A stretch of 64,000 nucleotides of DNA from an uncultured Planctomycetia bacterium. Its GTDB lineage: Bacteria; Planctomycetota; Planctomycetia; Pirellulales; S012-138. Location: assembly GCA_963731685.1 (NCBI GenBank), contig CAVSWR010000022.1:52985-116984 (forward strand), in the 5' to 3' direction. The position numbers and the translations under genes were made by a program. Below are positions 10,264-19,901 of the stretch, one piece after another (the stretch's first letter is position 1; every line of letters starts with the position of its first letter). Below the pieces are notes generated by a model. It was not told the DNA's origin and made no database searches. It was given only the letters and a program-made list of their open reading frames with translations.

Positions 10264-13200
10264 ATGAGTCGCAGATCGCTTTCGAGCCTACTTTCACTGG
10301 CGTTAGTCCTCGGCGTTACGGCCGCCTTGTATGGCTTCGCCAAACCCAACGAGCCGCCGCAAGCGGAGAAGAGCAAGCAACCGCCTGAAACCAAGGCCAA
10401 GGCATTGACCGCCACGTTGGGGGGGGCGGAACGATTCCTAACCAGTCTCAGCACCGACAAACCGATCTACCGCGAGGGCGAGCCGGTCTTCGTGCGCGGG
10501 GTCGTGCTCAACGCGGCCAACCACCGCCCGCTGGCGCAGCAGATTCCCGCCATGGTCAAGATCACCGGCCCCAAGGGCGACACCGTGTTTTCCGGCTGGA
10601 CCACCGGGCAAGACGCCGTGGTAGGGCTCCGCTGGGATATTCCCGAGGGCCAGGCCGGCGGCGAATACACGGCGCAGGTCAGTTATCCCGCGACCGGCTA
10701 TCCGCCGGCGGAGCGCAAGTTCGACATTCGCGCCTATCGGGCGCCGCGATTGAAAACGCAGATTGTCTTCGTACGCGACGGCTACGGCCCCGGCGACGAA
10801 GTCGCCGCCAGCCTGCACGTCGAGCGCGCCGAAAGCGGCGTTCCCACCAACGCCAAGGTCACGGCCATCGCCCGGGTCGACGGCGTCGAGGTCTTCCGCG
10901 GCCCGGCCTCCTCGATCAGCGAAGAAGGAAACTGCGAAACCCGCTTCAAACTGCCGGGCAAGATCGCCCGCGGCGAGGGCACGCTGGCCATGGTCGTCAA
11001 CGACGGCGCGGCGGTGGAAACGGCCTCGAAGACCATCCCCATCTTGCTGCAGACCGTCGATCTGCAACTGTATCCTGAAGGCGGCGATCTGGTCGCGGGA
11101 CTGCCGACGCGCGTGTACCTGGAAGCTCGCACGCCGGCCCAAAAACCGGCCGACCTGGCCGGAATCGTGGTCGATTCGCAAGGCCAGCAAGTCGCCGAGT
11201 TCCGCACACGGCACGAAGGCCGCGGACGTTTCGCCTTCACGCCCAAGGCCGGGCAGAAATACACGCTCAAGATTCAAGAGCCCTCGGGCATCAAGACCAC
11301 TTATCCCCTGCCGGAAGTCAAGCCGACCGGCGGGGTCATCGGCGCCGTGGCCGATCAATACGAGAAGCGCGAGGCGGTTTCGCTCAAAGTCGGCAGCGCC
11401 GCGGCCGGCAAATTTCGCGTGACGCTTTCGAAGCGTGAAGTGGAGGTCGCGGCCGACGATGTGACCCTCGCCGCGGGTGAAGTCAAGCAAGTGCGGCTCA
11501 CCCCGCCCGAGGGCGCCGACGGCGTGTTGATCGCCACGCTCAGCACCGCCGACGGTCGACCCTTGGCCGAGCGGCTGGTGTTTCGCCAGCTCGCGCAGCG
11601 GGTCAAGCTCACCATTACGCAAGACAAAAAGCGCTATGTTCCCGGCGGTTCGGCCAAGTTGACGATCCGCGCCACCGATGAAGCCGGCAAGCCGGTGAGC
11701 GCAGTCGTCGGCCTGACGGTCACCGATGAGAGCGTGTTGGAGATGATTGACAAACGCGAACAGGCGCCGCGGCTGCCGGTCATGGTGCTGCTGGAAAGCG
11801 ACGTCCGCGAGTTGGCCGATGCGCACGTCTATCTCGACGAGAAGAATGAAAAGGCGCCGCTGGCCGTCGATCTGTTGTTGGCCACGCAAGGCTGGCGGCG
11901 GTTTGCGTTTGTTGACGTCAACAAGTTCTTGGCCGCGCACGGCGACCAATCGCGGCGCGTCTTGGCCCTGTCGTTGGCCAGTCGCCGAGAGCTTAATGTT
12001 TGGAATAGCTCCGCGCTGGGCGCCCGGTTCGGCGGCCAGGTATTTGAAGGGCTGGTTGACGGAGTTCGTCCCCCCCAGGCGGCTGCGCCGCAGAATGCGG
12101 CCGAACCAGCCGCGCCGCCCGCCCCGGCGGCCCCGGCCCCCGTTAAGTCTGACCTTGCGCAGAAAGGCGCCGCGGCGCCGGACGCGGCCAAGCCAGCCGA
12201 GGCGGCCAGAGCAGGCGCCAAAGGCCAGGCCCAAGCGGCGGGCGACCGCGCGGTGGGGCGCGATCAACTTCGCGAATTGCCCCCCCAGGAACGCCCTAAG
12301 GACGCCGCTCTCGACGCCAAACGGGAACCGCTGCGAAAGGCCCTCCAGCAGGCGGAGCAACTGGCGCGTAGGCGCAACTTAGTCGCCGACGAAGTACAAG
12401 CGATCGGCGGCGCCCTCCATGTTCCTGTGGTGCGCGTTTATGCCCATCAACTTCGCCCGAACCGCCGGCCGGGCGATCGCCAAGACTTCACCGAAACGTT
12501 GTATTGGTCGGCCGGCGTGAAGACCGACGCCGCGACCGGCGAAGCCAGCGTCGAATTCGCCTTGAGCGATTCGGTCACCAGCTTCCGGGTGATGGCCGAC
12601 GCTTTCACCAGCGACGGCGCCTTGGGCCAAGGGAGCGAGGCGTTGGAGGTGGTCGAGCCGTTTTATCTGGAGCCGAAGCTGCCGTTGGAGGTGACTTCCG
12701 GCGACGTGATTCAACTTCCCATCGGCGTGGTGAACGCCACCGATGAGCGGTTGACGGCGCAGGTCCGTGTCGAGGCGGCCAACGGCGCCTCGGTGCGTTA
12801 TCCGCAGTTTACGCTCGAGCCCAACCAGCGCGTCCGCCGGCGGTTCAATATTCACGTCAGCGACCTCGTCGGCCCCACGCAGTTGACCGTCAGCGGCCAG
12901 GCCGGCGCCTACGCCGACAAGGTGACGCGAACCCTTAAGGTCACGCCGCTTGGCTTCCCCGCCGAGATTGCCTTGGGCGGTTTGCTGGGGCCAGACGCCG
13001 CGGCCACGCACAAATTCGCCATTTCCCAGCAAACCGTGCCGGGCAGCCTGACCGCGTCGGTGCAGGTCTTCCCCACGCCGCTGGCCAATCTGACTTCGGC
13101 CTTGGAGCGGATGATTCGGGAGCCGTACGGCTGCTTCGAGCAAACCAGCTCGACCACCTATCCGCTGGTTATGGCCCAGCAGTATTTCCAGTCGCACACC

Positions 13201-14553
13201 GGCGTCGATCCGCAACTCATCGAGCGCAGCAACGCGATGCTGGAGAAAGGCTACAAGCGCCTGACCGGCTTCGAGTGCAAGCAGCACGGCTACGAGTGGT
13301 TTGGCGGCGACCCGGGCCACGAAGCCTTGACCGCCTACGGCTTGCTGGAGTTCGCCGATATGGCCAAGGTCCGCTCGGTCGATTCGGCCATGCTGGACAG
13401 AACTCGTCAGTGGCTGCTGAAGACCCGCGACGGGGCTGGCGGCTTCACCCGCAAGCGGCGCGCGTTGCACACCTGGTTGACCGACGCCGACGCCTCGAAC
13501 TCCTACATTCTGTGGGCCTTGTTGGAGTCGGGCCAGGATCAGAATTTCGTCTCCGAGGAAGTGGCCGCCCTCTATGAGGCCGCCGGCAAGAGCAAGAACA
13601 GCTACGTGCTGGCGCTGGCGGCCAACGTGTCGGCGCTCGGCCACGAGCAGGCGTACGCCAAGAAACTGATGGACCGTCTCGTGTCGCAGCAAACCAAAGA
13701 CGGCTGGGTCGACGGCGCCACGCTGTCCATCGTCGGCTCCGGCGGCGAGGCGTTGAAGATCGAAACCACGGCCTTGGCCGTGTTGGCCTGGCTGCGCGAT
13801 CCGAACTACGCCGCGGCGGTCGAGAAAGGCATGAAGTATCTGGCCGACAGTTGCGAATCGGGCCGCTTCGGCTCCACGCAGTCGACCGTGCTGGCCCTGC
13901 GGGCGATTGTCGAATACGACAAATCGCGGGCCCATCCCAAGCAGCCGGGCAGCCTGCAGTTGGTGGTCGACGGCGACCCGGTGGGTCAACCCGTCACGTT
14001 CGACGACAAGACGCAAGGCGTGATCGAGCTTCCCGGCCTGCAAGAGTACCTGCAACCGGGCGAGCACACCGTTGAGTTGAAGATGAAAGACGGCGCCAGC
14101 ATGCCGTATGCCTTGGCCGTCAATTACTACGACGTGAAGCCGGCCACTTCCGACGGTTGCCAGGTGGACTTGAGCGTGGCGTTGTCGGACACCAAGATCG
14201 GCGAAGGCGCCGTGACCGAAGCCAAGGTCACGGTCAACAATCTCTCGGACAAGCCGTTGCCCACGCCCGTGGCCATCATCGGCATTCCGGGCGGCTTGGA
14301 GGTCCGGCACGATCAGCTCAAGGAACTGGTCAAGTCGGAAAAGATCGCGGCCTACGAGGTATTGGGACGCGAGGTGGTGCTGTATTGGCGCACGTTGGAG
14401 GCCAAGCAACAAGTGCGGCTGCCGTTGAGCCTGGTGGCGGCCGTGCCCGGAACCTACACCGGTCCGGCCAGCCGTGCGTACCTTTACTACACGGATGAAT
14501 TCAAGGCCTGGGTCGACGGCGTCAAGGTCGAGATCACCCCCGCCGCCAAGTAA
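10264..14553 (+). CDS. alpha-2-macroglobulin / MG-domain family large secreted protein
   Basis: AGGAG lies 8 nt before ATG 10264. Signal peptide MSRRSLSSLLSLALVLGVTAALYG. Repeated MG-like beta-domains. Thioester-region-like REPYGCFEQTSSTTYPLV followed by an alpha/alpha-toroid-like region (GYEWFGGDPGHEALTAYGL...). Roughly 1430 aa with no frame break. Confidence 0.8.
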   Translation: MSRRSLSSLLSLALVLGVTAALYGFAKPNEPPQAEKSKQPPETKAKALTATLGGAERFLTSLSTDKPIYREGEPVFVRGVVLNAANHRPLAQQIPAMVKITGPKGDTVFSGWTTGQDAVVGLRWDIPEGQAGGEYTAQVSYPATGYPPAERKFDIRAYRAPRLKTQIVFVRDGYGPGDEVAASLHVERAESGVPTNAKVTAIARVDGVEVFRGPASSISEEGNCETRFKLPGKIARGEGTLAMVVNDGAAVETASKTIPILLQTVDLQLYPEGGDLVAGLPTRVYLEARTPAQKPADLAGIVVDSQGQQVAEFRTRHEGRGRFAFTPKAGQKYTLKIQEPSGIKTTYPLPEVKPTGGVIGAVADQYEKREAVSLKVGSAAAGKFRVTLSKREVEVAADDVTLAAGEVKQVRLTPPEGADGVLIATLSTADGRPLAERLVFRQLAQRVKLTITQDKKRYVPGGSAKLTIRATDEAGKPVSAVVGLTVTDESVLEMIDKREQAPRLPVMVLLESDVRELADAHVYLDEKNEKAPLAVDLLLATQGWRRFAFVDVNKFLAAHGDQSRRVLALSLASRRELNVWNSSALGARFGGQVFEGLVDGVRPPQAAAPQNAAEPAAPPAPAAPAPVKSDLAQKGAAAPDAAKPAEAARAGAKGQAQAAGDRAVGRDQLRELPPQERPKDAALDAKREPLRKALQQAEQLARRRNLVADEVQAIGGALHVPVVRVYAHQLRPNRRPGDRQDFTETLYWSAGVKTDAATGEASVEFALSDSVTSFRVMADAFTSDGALGQGSEALEVVEPFYLEPKLPLEVTSGDVIQLPIGVVNATDERLTAQVRVEAANGASVRYPQFTLEPNQRVRRRFNIHVSDLVGPTQLTVSGQAGAYADKVTRTLKVTPLGFPAEIALGGLLGPDAAATHKFAISQQTVPGSLTASVQVFPTPLANLTSALERMIREPYGCFEQTSSTTYPLVMAQQYFQSHTGVDPQLIERSNAMLEKGYKRLTGFECKQHGYEWFGGDPGHEALTAYGLLEFADMAKVRSVDSAMLDRTRQWLLKTRDGAGGFTRKRRALHTWLTDADASNSYILWALLESGQDQNFVSEEVAALYEAAGKSKNSYVLALAANVSALGHEQAYAKKLMDRLVSQQTKDGWVDGATLSIVGSGGEALKIETTALAVLAWLRDPNYAAAVEKGMKYLADSCESGRFGSTQSTVLALRAIVEYDKSRAHPKQPGSLQLVVDGDPVGQPVTFDDKTQGVIELPGLQEYLQPGEHTVELKMKDGASMPYALAVNYYDVKPATSDGCQVDLSVALSDTKIGEGAVTEAKVTVNNLSDKPLPTPVAIIGIPGGLEVRHDQLKELVKSEKIAAYEVLGREVVLYWRTLEAKQQVRLPLSLVAAVPGTYTGPASRAYLYYTDEFKAWVDGVKVEITPAAK

Positions 14554-14607
14554 CGTAAACCTCCGCGGGCCGCGACTGGCTTGCGCGTAACCCTGACGAA
14601 CGCACGT

Positions 14608-14635
14608 TGTGGGGCGGTCTTTTGGCCGCCCCACA
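14608..14635 (+). terminator. GC-rich hairpin downstream of the A2M-like gene
   Basis: tgtggggcgg / 8-nt loop / ccgccccaca (10-bp perfect stem), 55 nt after the stop, followed by ttgcgtttcgg. Confidence 0.5.
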
Positions 14636-14883
14636 TTGCGTTTCGGGTCTCCTTTCGACGGCCGAAGACCACTCTTTTTCGTTGAAGCGCGGCGCCTATC
14701 TGGCGCCGTGGTCGTCCCCCTAAAACGAGGCGGTTTGGCTGCTCTTGCACAAAATAGGCGTTGCTCTATACTACAGGCTATGCCACGCCGGTTTCCTCCC
14801 GCCGATCAGACCCGCCGCCTTTGTTCCTCTGACGACAGGACCATCGTTCGCCGGCTGTTCGTCAACGCGGCGGGGAGACGCGC

Positions 14884-16263
14884 ATGACCACGACCGGCAA
14901 GCTGAGCTCGGCGCCGGCGCGGCCCAGCGGCGCGGCGCCCGCGAGCCCCTCCGGCGCCGGCCAACAAGAGTTCGAGGAGAACGCGCGGAACTCGAATCAC
15001 AATCTCTTTTGGATGGCCGCACAGCAGGTGGTGCTGCGCATCGGCTGGGTGTTCAAAACCGAGAGCGTCATTATTCCGGCGTTCTTTGATTTTATTTCGG
15101 GTTCGGCGTCCGCCAGCGTCGTGCGGAGTGTGCTGCCGGTGCTGAATCGTCTCGGCCAAAGCGTTCCACCGCTGCTCTACGCCGATCGCTTGCAGTCGCT
15201 GCGCCACAAAAAGGCCGCGCTCGTGGCGTTCTCGTTCTTGATGGCCGCGCCGTTCTTGACCCTGGCCTGCCTGTCGTTCGCGGCGTCAGCGCACGGAGGC
15301 GGCTGGCTGGTGCCGGTCTGCATGGCTTTGTACGCCGTGTTCTTTTGCTTCGGCGGCCTGACCAACCTGGCGTTCAGCACACTGCAAGGCAAACTCATCA
15401 TCCCCACGCTGCGCGGCAGATTGATGGCGATCTCCTCGTTCCTGGGCGCGGTGGGCAGTGTGCTTTGCGCCTGGTGGCTGATGCGGCGCTGGCTGGAACT
15501 GCCCGGCGGCGGCTTTGGCTACTTGTTTGCGTTCACCGGCGGATGCTTTCTGTTGTCGGCCACCTGCAGCCTGATGGTGCGCGAGAGCGCCGACGCGAGA
15601 CTGCCTTCCAAACGCTCTACGCGCCGCGCGCGGCTGGGCGCGGCCTGGATGATTGTTCGCAACGACGGCAACTTTCGCCGCCTGGCGATGGTGGCCCTGC
15701 TGTTCAGTACGGCCCTGATGCTGTTTCCGCACTATCAGGCGTTGGCCCGCGAAAAACTCGGGCTGCAAGGCAAGAATTTGATGTATTGGGTCATCATGCA
15801 AAACGTCTCGATCGGCGTGTTCGGCCTGCTGATCGGCCCCCTGGCCGACCGCCGCGGCAACCGCCTGACGCTGAGCCTGGTCATCTTGCTGTCGGCCATC
15901 ACGCCGGCGCTGGCCGTGGCCTTGGCGTATGGCGACCCGGAGATTGGCAAACACTGGTTTTGGGTTGTGTTTGCCCCGTTGGGCATGACCCCAGTTTCGA
16001 TGCGGACGATGAACAACTACACGCTGGAAATCTGCCCGGCCCACGATCATCCGCGCTATTTGAGCACGCTAAGCCTGTGCCTGGCGGCGCCGTTTTGCTT
16101 GTCGCCGCTGGTCGGAGTGTTGATCGACGCGGTGGGTTTCGCCGCCGTGTTTCTCGGCGTCGCGGGCGCCATGTTGTGCTGCGGGCTGCTCACCTTCCGC
16201 CTCGTCGAGCCGCGCCACCAGCGCCCCGCCGCCGAGGCCGCGCCGGTTCTGCCAGACGAGTAG
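14884..16263 (+). CDS. MFS-like multi-pass membrane transporter
   Basis: GGGGAG lies upstream of ATG 14884. About 12 hydrophobic helices with short Arg/Lys loops (e.g. LADRRGNRLTLSL between helices). No substrate can be inferred. Confidence 0.6.
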   Translation: MTTTGKLSSAPARPSGAAPASPSGAGQQEFEENARNSNHNLFWMAAQQVVLRIGWVFKTESVIIPAFFDFISGSASASVVRSVLPVLNRLGQSVPPLLYADRLQSLRHKKAALVAFSFLMAAPFLTLACLSFAASAHGGGWLVPVCMALYAVFFCFGGLTNLAFSTLQGKLIIPTLRGRLMAISSFLGAVGSVLCAWWLMRRWLELPGGGFGYLFAFTGGCFLLSATCSLMVRESADARLPSKRSTRRARLGAAWMIVRNDGNFRRLAMVALLFSTALMLFPHYQALAREKLGLQGKNLMYWVIMQNVSIGVFGLLIGPLADRRGNRLTLSLVILLSAITPALAVALAYGDPEIGKHWFWVVFAPLGMTPVSMRTMNNYTLEICPAHDHPRYLSTLSLCLAAPFCLSPLVGVLIDAVGFAAVFLGVAGAMLCCGLLTFRLVEPRHQRPAAEAAPVLPDE

Positions 16264-16281
16264 CGCAGCAATCCCGGCGCC

Positions 16282-16902
16282 TTAGCGAGGCTCCGCTTCG
16301 GGACCGAGCAATTCTTGGAGTTTGCCCAGCGAGCGCGTGAGCATCACGCGCACCGCGCCGTCGCTCTTGCCTAGCCGCGCGGCGATCTCCTTGGACGGCA
16401 AACCGTCCACGTAGCGCATTCGCAAGGCGTCGCGCTGTTCTTCGGGCAACGCGGCCAGCGCCTCCAGCAGCTTCAGTTCGCGCTGGTCGCGCGAGAACGC
16501 CTGGCTGGCGGTCGTCATGCTGGCCACCAGCAGGTCGACCATGCCTTGCCGTCCGTCAGAGTCGCCTCCCGATCCGGGAGCGTTGATCGACACTTCGCGG
16601 GCGGCGTCGCGTTTCTTGGCGCCGAAAAACTTGCGATGGGCGTCGATGATTCGGCGTTGCGCGATTTGGCACAGCCAACCAAACGGATCGCGTTCGGCCA
16701 GATCGACCGAGCCCAGCGAACGGCAGGCGTCGGCCGCGACCTCCTGCAACAGGTCTTCCACGCCCACCTTGCGCCGAAGTCCGTCGCTGATCTGCCGCTG
16801 GATGTACGCCAGCAGCGGCTTGCGGCGCAAGTCGATGAACTCGCCCAGCGCCTCGGTGTCGCCGCTCCGCAGGCGTTCGACAAGCTGTTCTTCCGTTGCC
16901 AT
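16282..16902 (-). CDS. ECF-type sigma-70 family factor
   Basis: MATEEQLVERLRSGDTEALGEFI.... Region 2 LLQEVAADACRSL...FGWLCQIAQRRIIDAHR. Region 4 LPEEQRDALRMRYVDGLPSKEIAARLGKSDGAVRVMLTRSLGKLQ. Confidence 0.8.
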   Translation of the reverse strand: MATEEQLVERLRSGDTEALGEFIDLRRKPLLAYIQRQISDGLRRKVGVEDLLQEVAADACRSLGSVDLAERDPFGWLCQIAQRRIIDAHRKFFGAKKRDAAREVSINAPGSGGDSDGRQGMVDLLVASMTTASQAFSRDQRELKLLEALAALPEEQRDALRMRYVDGLPSKEIAARLGKSDGAVRVMLTRSLGKLQELLGPEAEPR

Positions 16903-17542
16903 GAGAAATCGTCCCTCAGTCGCGACTGACACGAACCAGACCCTCCCCAAACTATTTTACTCCCCCGCCAACAAGGGAAAAGCCTCTCAAGGCCCCCTTC
17001 CCGCAAGTTGCCCTCAGCAAACGGAAGCAGCCCGCTGCCTTGCGTCACGACGGCGCAGGGGGGAACGACGGTAGCTGTCCAATTTCTTGGCCGCGTAGAA
17101 CTTCCTACATTCGTGCGGCGGTTTAAGCATCGACAGCAGTTAAACCACTCTCACTGTTGGTTTGGCGGCAGCTCACTTTCGCCAATGGCGCTCAAGAACG
17201 TGAAGCGCGTTTAACGCCGAGCGAGTCGAACGTCCTGGCAATCGCCGTGGGTCGCAGCGGGGCGCGTGAATAGGGCCGCGACGGGTCCTTCCGCTTTGCC
17301 CCATCGTAAGTGGCGTGAGGGATGAGTGATTCTTGGGTAGAATTCGTGTCGCAACAATCGGTCGATTGCCTTGCGAATCGGACGCTCGCTGTCTGCTGGC
17401 GTTCGGCGAAAAACTTGCTGGAATTGAGTTGAGGAGCCGGGTTTTTGAGATAAGCGGATGCTAATGCGCCCAGAGCACATGAGCCCTTCCGTTGAGCGGC
17501 TACTGCCGCTCGGCAACGAGTCGCATGAGGGACGCCAGCGAA

Positions 17543-18031
17543 ATGAACGTGATCGTCGTGGATGGTGATCTGCTCGACCAAAAGGTCGACACCATTGTGA
17601 ACGCATGGAATCGCAACATCATTCCGTGGTGGCTGCTGATTCCCCAAGGCGTATCGGGCGCGATCAAGAAGCGCGGCGGACTGGGTCCGTTTCGCGAGCT
17701 TGGTCGCATGGGCCCGATTGGGCTGGGAAAAGCCGTCGAAACGTCGGCTGGCGGCCTTCCATTCAAATCGATCATCCACGTCGCCGGAATCAACATGTTG
17801 TGGCGGTCGTGCGAACGATCCATTCGGGATTCTGTCCGCAATGCGATGGCGATCGCCAACGATCGCGGCTACCGATCGATCGCGCTACCACTTATCGGCG
17901 CCGGTTCCGGCGGCGGGAAACCAGATAGGATCCAGTCGATAATCCTCGACGAATTGACCAAGTGTCAGTTTGATGGCGAAGTGCGGGTCGTCCGGTATTG
18001 TAAAGGGCCAACGAAGCCCCCAGGCAACTAA
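17543..18031 (+). CDS. macro domain (ADP-ribose binding/hydrolase) protein
   Basis: MNVIVVDGDLLDQKVDTIVNAWNRN...IIHVAGIN...SIALPLIGAGSGG is a typical macro-domain motif set. Confidence 0.85.
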   Translation: MNVIVVDGDLLDQKVDTIVNAWNRNIIPWWLLIPQGVSGAIKKRGGLGPFRELGRMGPIGLGKAVETSAGGLPFKSIIHVAGINMLWRSCERSIRDSVRNAMAIANDRGYRSIALPLIGAGSGGGKPDRIQSIILDELTKCQFDGEVRVVRYCKGPTKPPGN

Positions 18032-18216
18032 AGACACCTTGTTTGACCGCAAGGCGCGGGGGAACGCGTGCGCCGGAATTCGACTGCGCGCCTTCGGCCG
18101 ACTCACTTTCCCTGCGGATTGCGGCGAAATGATTGGTCCGCGAGGATCTGAGAGGCGATCCCGCAGGCGAGTTTGCACGAACCCCGTCGCGCCGGCGACT
18201 GTGGCCGGCCGGGACG

Positions 18217-18736
18217 TTAGGCGCCGGCGGCGACGAGGTCTTCGGTGATGTAGCGAAGGATGTCGCGGACGGAGACCACGCCGGAGATTTTGTCGAATTC
18301 GTCGCGAACGGGAATGTGGCGGTAGCCGCCGAGGTCCATCATGTGCAACGCGTAGGCGATTTTGTCGTCGATGCTCAAGGTTTCGGGATCGGGCGTCATG
18401 AACTCCGAGATCGGCCTTGCGCAGTTGCGTGGCGTCGGTGTTCAGCCGCAACAAGGCGTCGCGTTCGCTGAAGATGCCCACCAGCTTTTCGTCCTGCATG
18501 ACCAGGACGCAGCCCACCGACCGCTCGACAAGCAGATTGAGCACCTCGCCGACGGTGGCGTCGGGCGCGACGACCAGCGGGACTTTGGGGCCGAGGACCT
18601 GGAGGCGGTCGCGCAGCAAGCTTCGTTCGACGTGACAATTCGGCTCGGGTTGACTGAGCGAGGCCAACGGCTGCTGGCACTCCTCGCAACTGTCGACGCC
18701 CTGGATATTGTCAAACCCGCAATGAGGACATTTCAT
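18217..18736 (-). CDS. zinc-ribbon + CBS-pair domain protein; apparent 1-nt insertion ~18405
   Basis: MKCPHCGFDNIQGVDSCEECQQPL (CxxC...CxxC). CBS1 is ...VVAPDATVGEVLNLLVERSVGCVLVMQDEKLVGIFSERDAL. CBS2 is in ORF 18217..18399 (MTPDPETLSIDDKIAYALHMMDLGGYRHIPV...). The junction reads ...LRKA|ISEFMTP. Confidence 0.75.
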
Positions 18737-18787
18737 GTGGAAACGCTCCGCTAGCGCTCGCAAAAAAAGGAGTATGACGCCGGTAGG

Positions 18788-19810
18788 CTACTCGACGGTC
18801 CAGGTTTCGCCGGAGTTGAACAGCGTGTCCAAATCGCCGGGTCCGCGCTTGGCGATGGCTTCTTCGATCTGGGCGTTCATCCGCTCATCGTAGCGAGGGC
18901 GATCCACGGCGCGGAACACACCGATCGGCTCGGGGAATTCCGGATGGCGCATGCGGCCCAATAGGTAGGCCAGGCTGGGCTCAGGGGCCCTTTCATCGTG
19001 GAAGAGCAGGTCGTCCTCGGTGATGCCTTTGCCCAACTGCACGACCTCCGGGTCCATGCCGTTGAGGCGGATGCCTTTGTCGCGGTTCTTGCCGAAAATG
19101 AGCGGTTTGCCGTGCTCGAGTTCGATGATTGTGTCGAACTTGCTCTCGCGGTCGGTGGCGTAGTTGTAGGCGCCGTCGTTGAAGACGTTGCAGTTCTGAT
19201 AGACTTCGACGAAGGACACGCCGCGATGTTCCGCGGCGCGTTTGAGCACCATGCCGAGATGCTTGATGTTCACGTCGATGCTGCGCGCGACGAAGGTGGC
19301 CTCGCAGCCGACGGCGATCGAGACGGGATGCAGGGGGTTGTCGACCGAGCCCATCGGCGTGCTCTTGGTGACTTTACCCAACGGCGAGGTGGGGGAGTAT
19401 TGGCCCTTGGTCAGGCCGTAAATCTGGTTGTTGAACATGACGATGTTGACATCCAGATTTCGCCGCATGACATGCATCAGGTGGTTGCCGCCGATGGACA
19501 AGCCGTCGCCGTCGCCGGTGATGACCCAGACCGAGAGATCGGGCCGCGAGGTTTTCACGCCGGTGGCGACGGCCGGCGCGCGTCCGTGGATGGAGTGCAT
19601 GCCGTAGGTGTTCATGTAGTAGGGAAACCGGCTGGAGCAGCCGATTCCGGAGATGAACACGGTTTTTTCCCGAGCGATGCCCAGCGTGGGGAGGACTTTC
19701 TTCATCTGGGCCAGGATGGAGTAGTCGCCGCAGCCGGGGCACCAGCGAACGTCCTGGTCGCTGGCAAAATCAGTGGGTTTGAGAACGGGCAGCGAGGTTT
19801 CGGAACTCAT
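18788..19810 (-). CDS. korB: 2-oxoglutarate:ferredoxin oxidoreductase, beta (TPP-binding) subunit
   Basis: ...VRWCPGCGDYSILAQ...GIGCSSRFPYYMNTYGMHSIHGRAPAVATG...ITGDGDGLSIGGNHLMH...FNNQIYGLTKGQ. Confidence 0.9.
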   Translation of the reverse strand: MSSETSLPVLKPTDFASDQDVRWCPGCGDYSILAQMKKVLPTLGIAREKTVFISGIGCSSRFPYYMNTYGMHSIHGRAPAVATGVKTSRPDLSVWVITGDGDGLSIGGNHLMHVMRRNLDVNIVMFNNQIYGLTKGQYSPTSPLGKVTKSTPMGSVDNPLHPVSIAVGCEATFVARSIDVNIKHLGMVLKRAAEHRGVSFVEVYQNCNVFNDGAYNYATDRESKFDTIIELEHGKPLIFGKNRDKGIRLNGMDPEVVQLGKGITEDDLLFHDERAPEPSLAYLLGRMRHPEFPEPIGVFRAVDRPRYDERMNAQIEEAIAKRGPGDLDTLFNSGETWTVE

Positions 19811-19901
19811 GGCAATCGACGCCTCAAATGCAGAATGCAGGATGTATCGCAACTGGCATGTTTAGGGGAAACGCTTGACGCAACGCCGGTGGGACGGGCA
19901 C

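Noticed and set aside
10438-14634. Very long minus-strand ORFs (10438..12360, 640 aa; 12379..14634, 751 aa) antisense to the A2M-like gene. Similar long ORFs occur at 447..1439(+), 22870..24750(-), 26660..27910(-), 34258..35496(-), 47365..48537(+), 48803..50068(+), 50666..51730(+) and 60817..62079(-).
   Set aside because: They have Arg/Gly/Ala/Pro-dominated, low-complexity translations with no motifs. Each lies opposite a gene with strong domain evidence. These are the stop-poor shadow frames typical of high-GC DNA.
17543-18031. Macro-domain gene as a DarG-type antitoxin or anti-defence ADP-ribosyl hydrolase.
   Set aside because: No DarT-like or other ADP-ribosyltransferase partner is adjacent. 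Its neighbours are a convergent CBS gene and a divergent ECF sigma gene. A stand-alone macro domain has many housekeeping roles.
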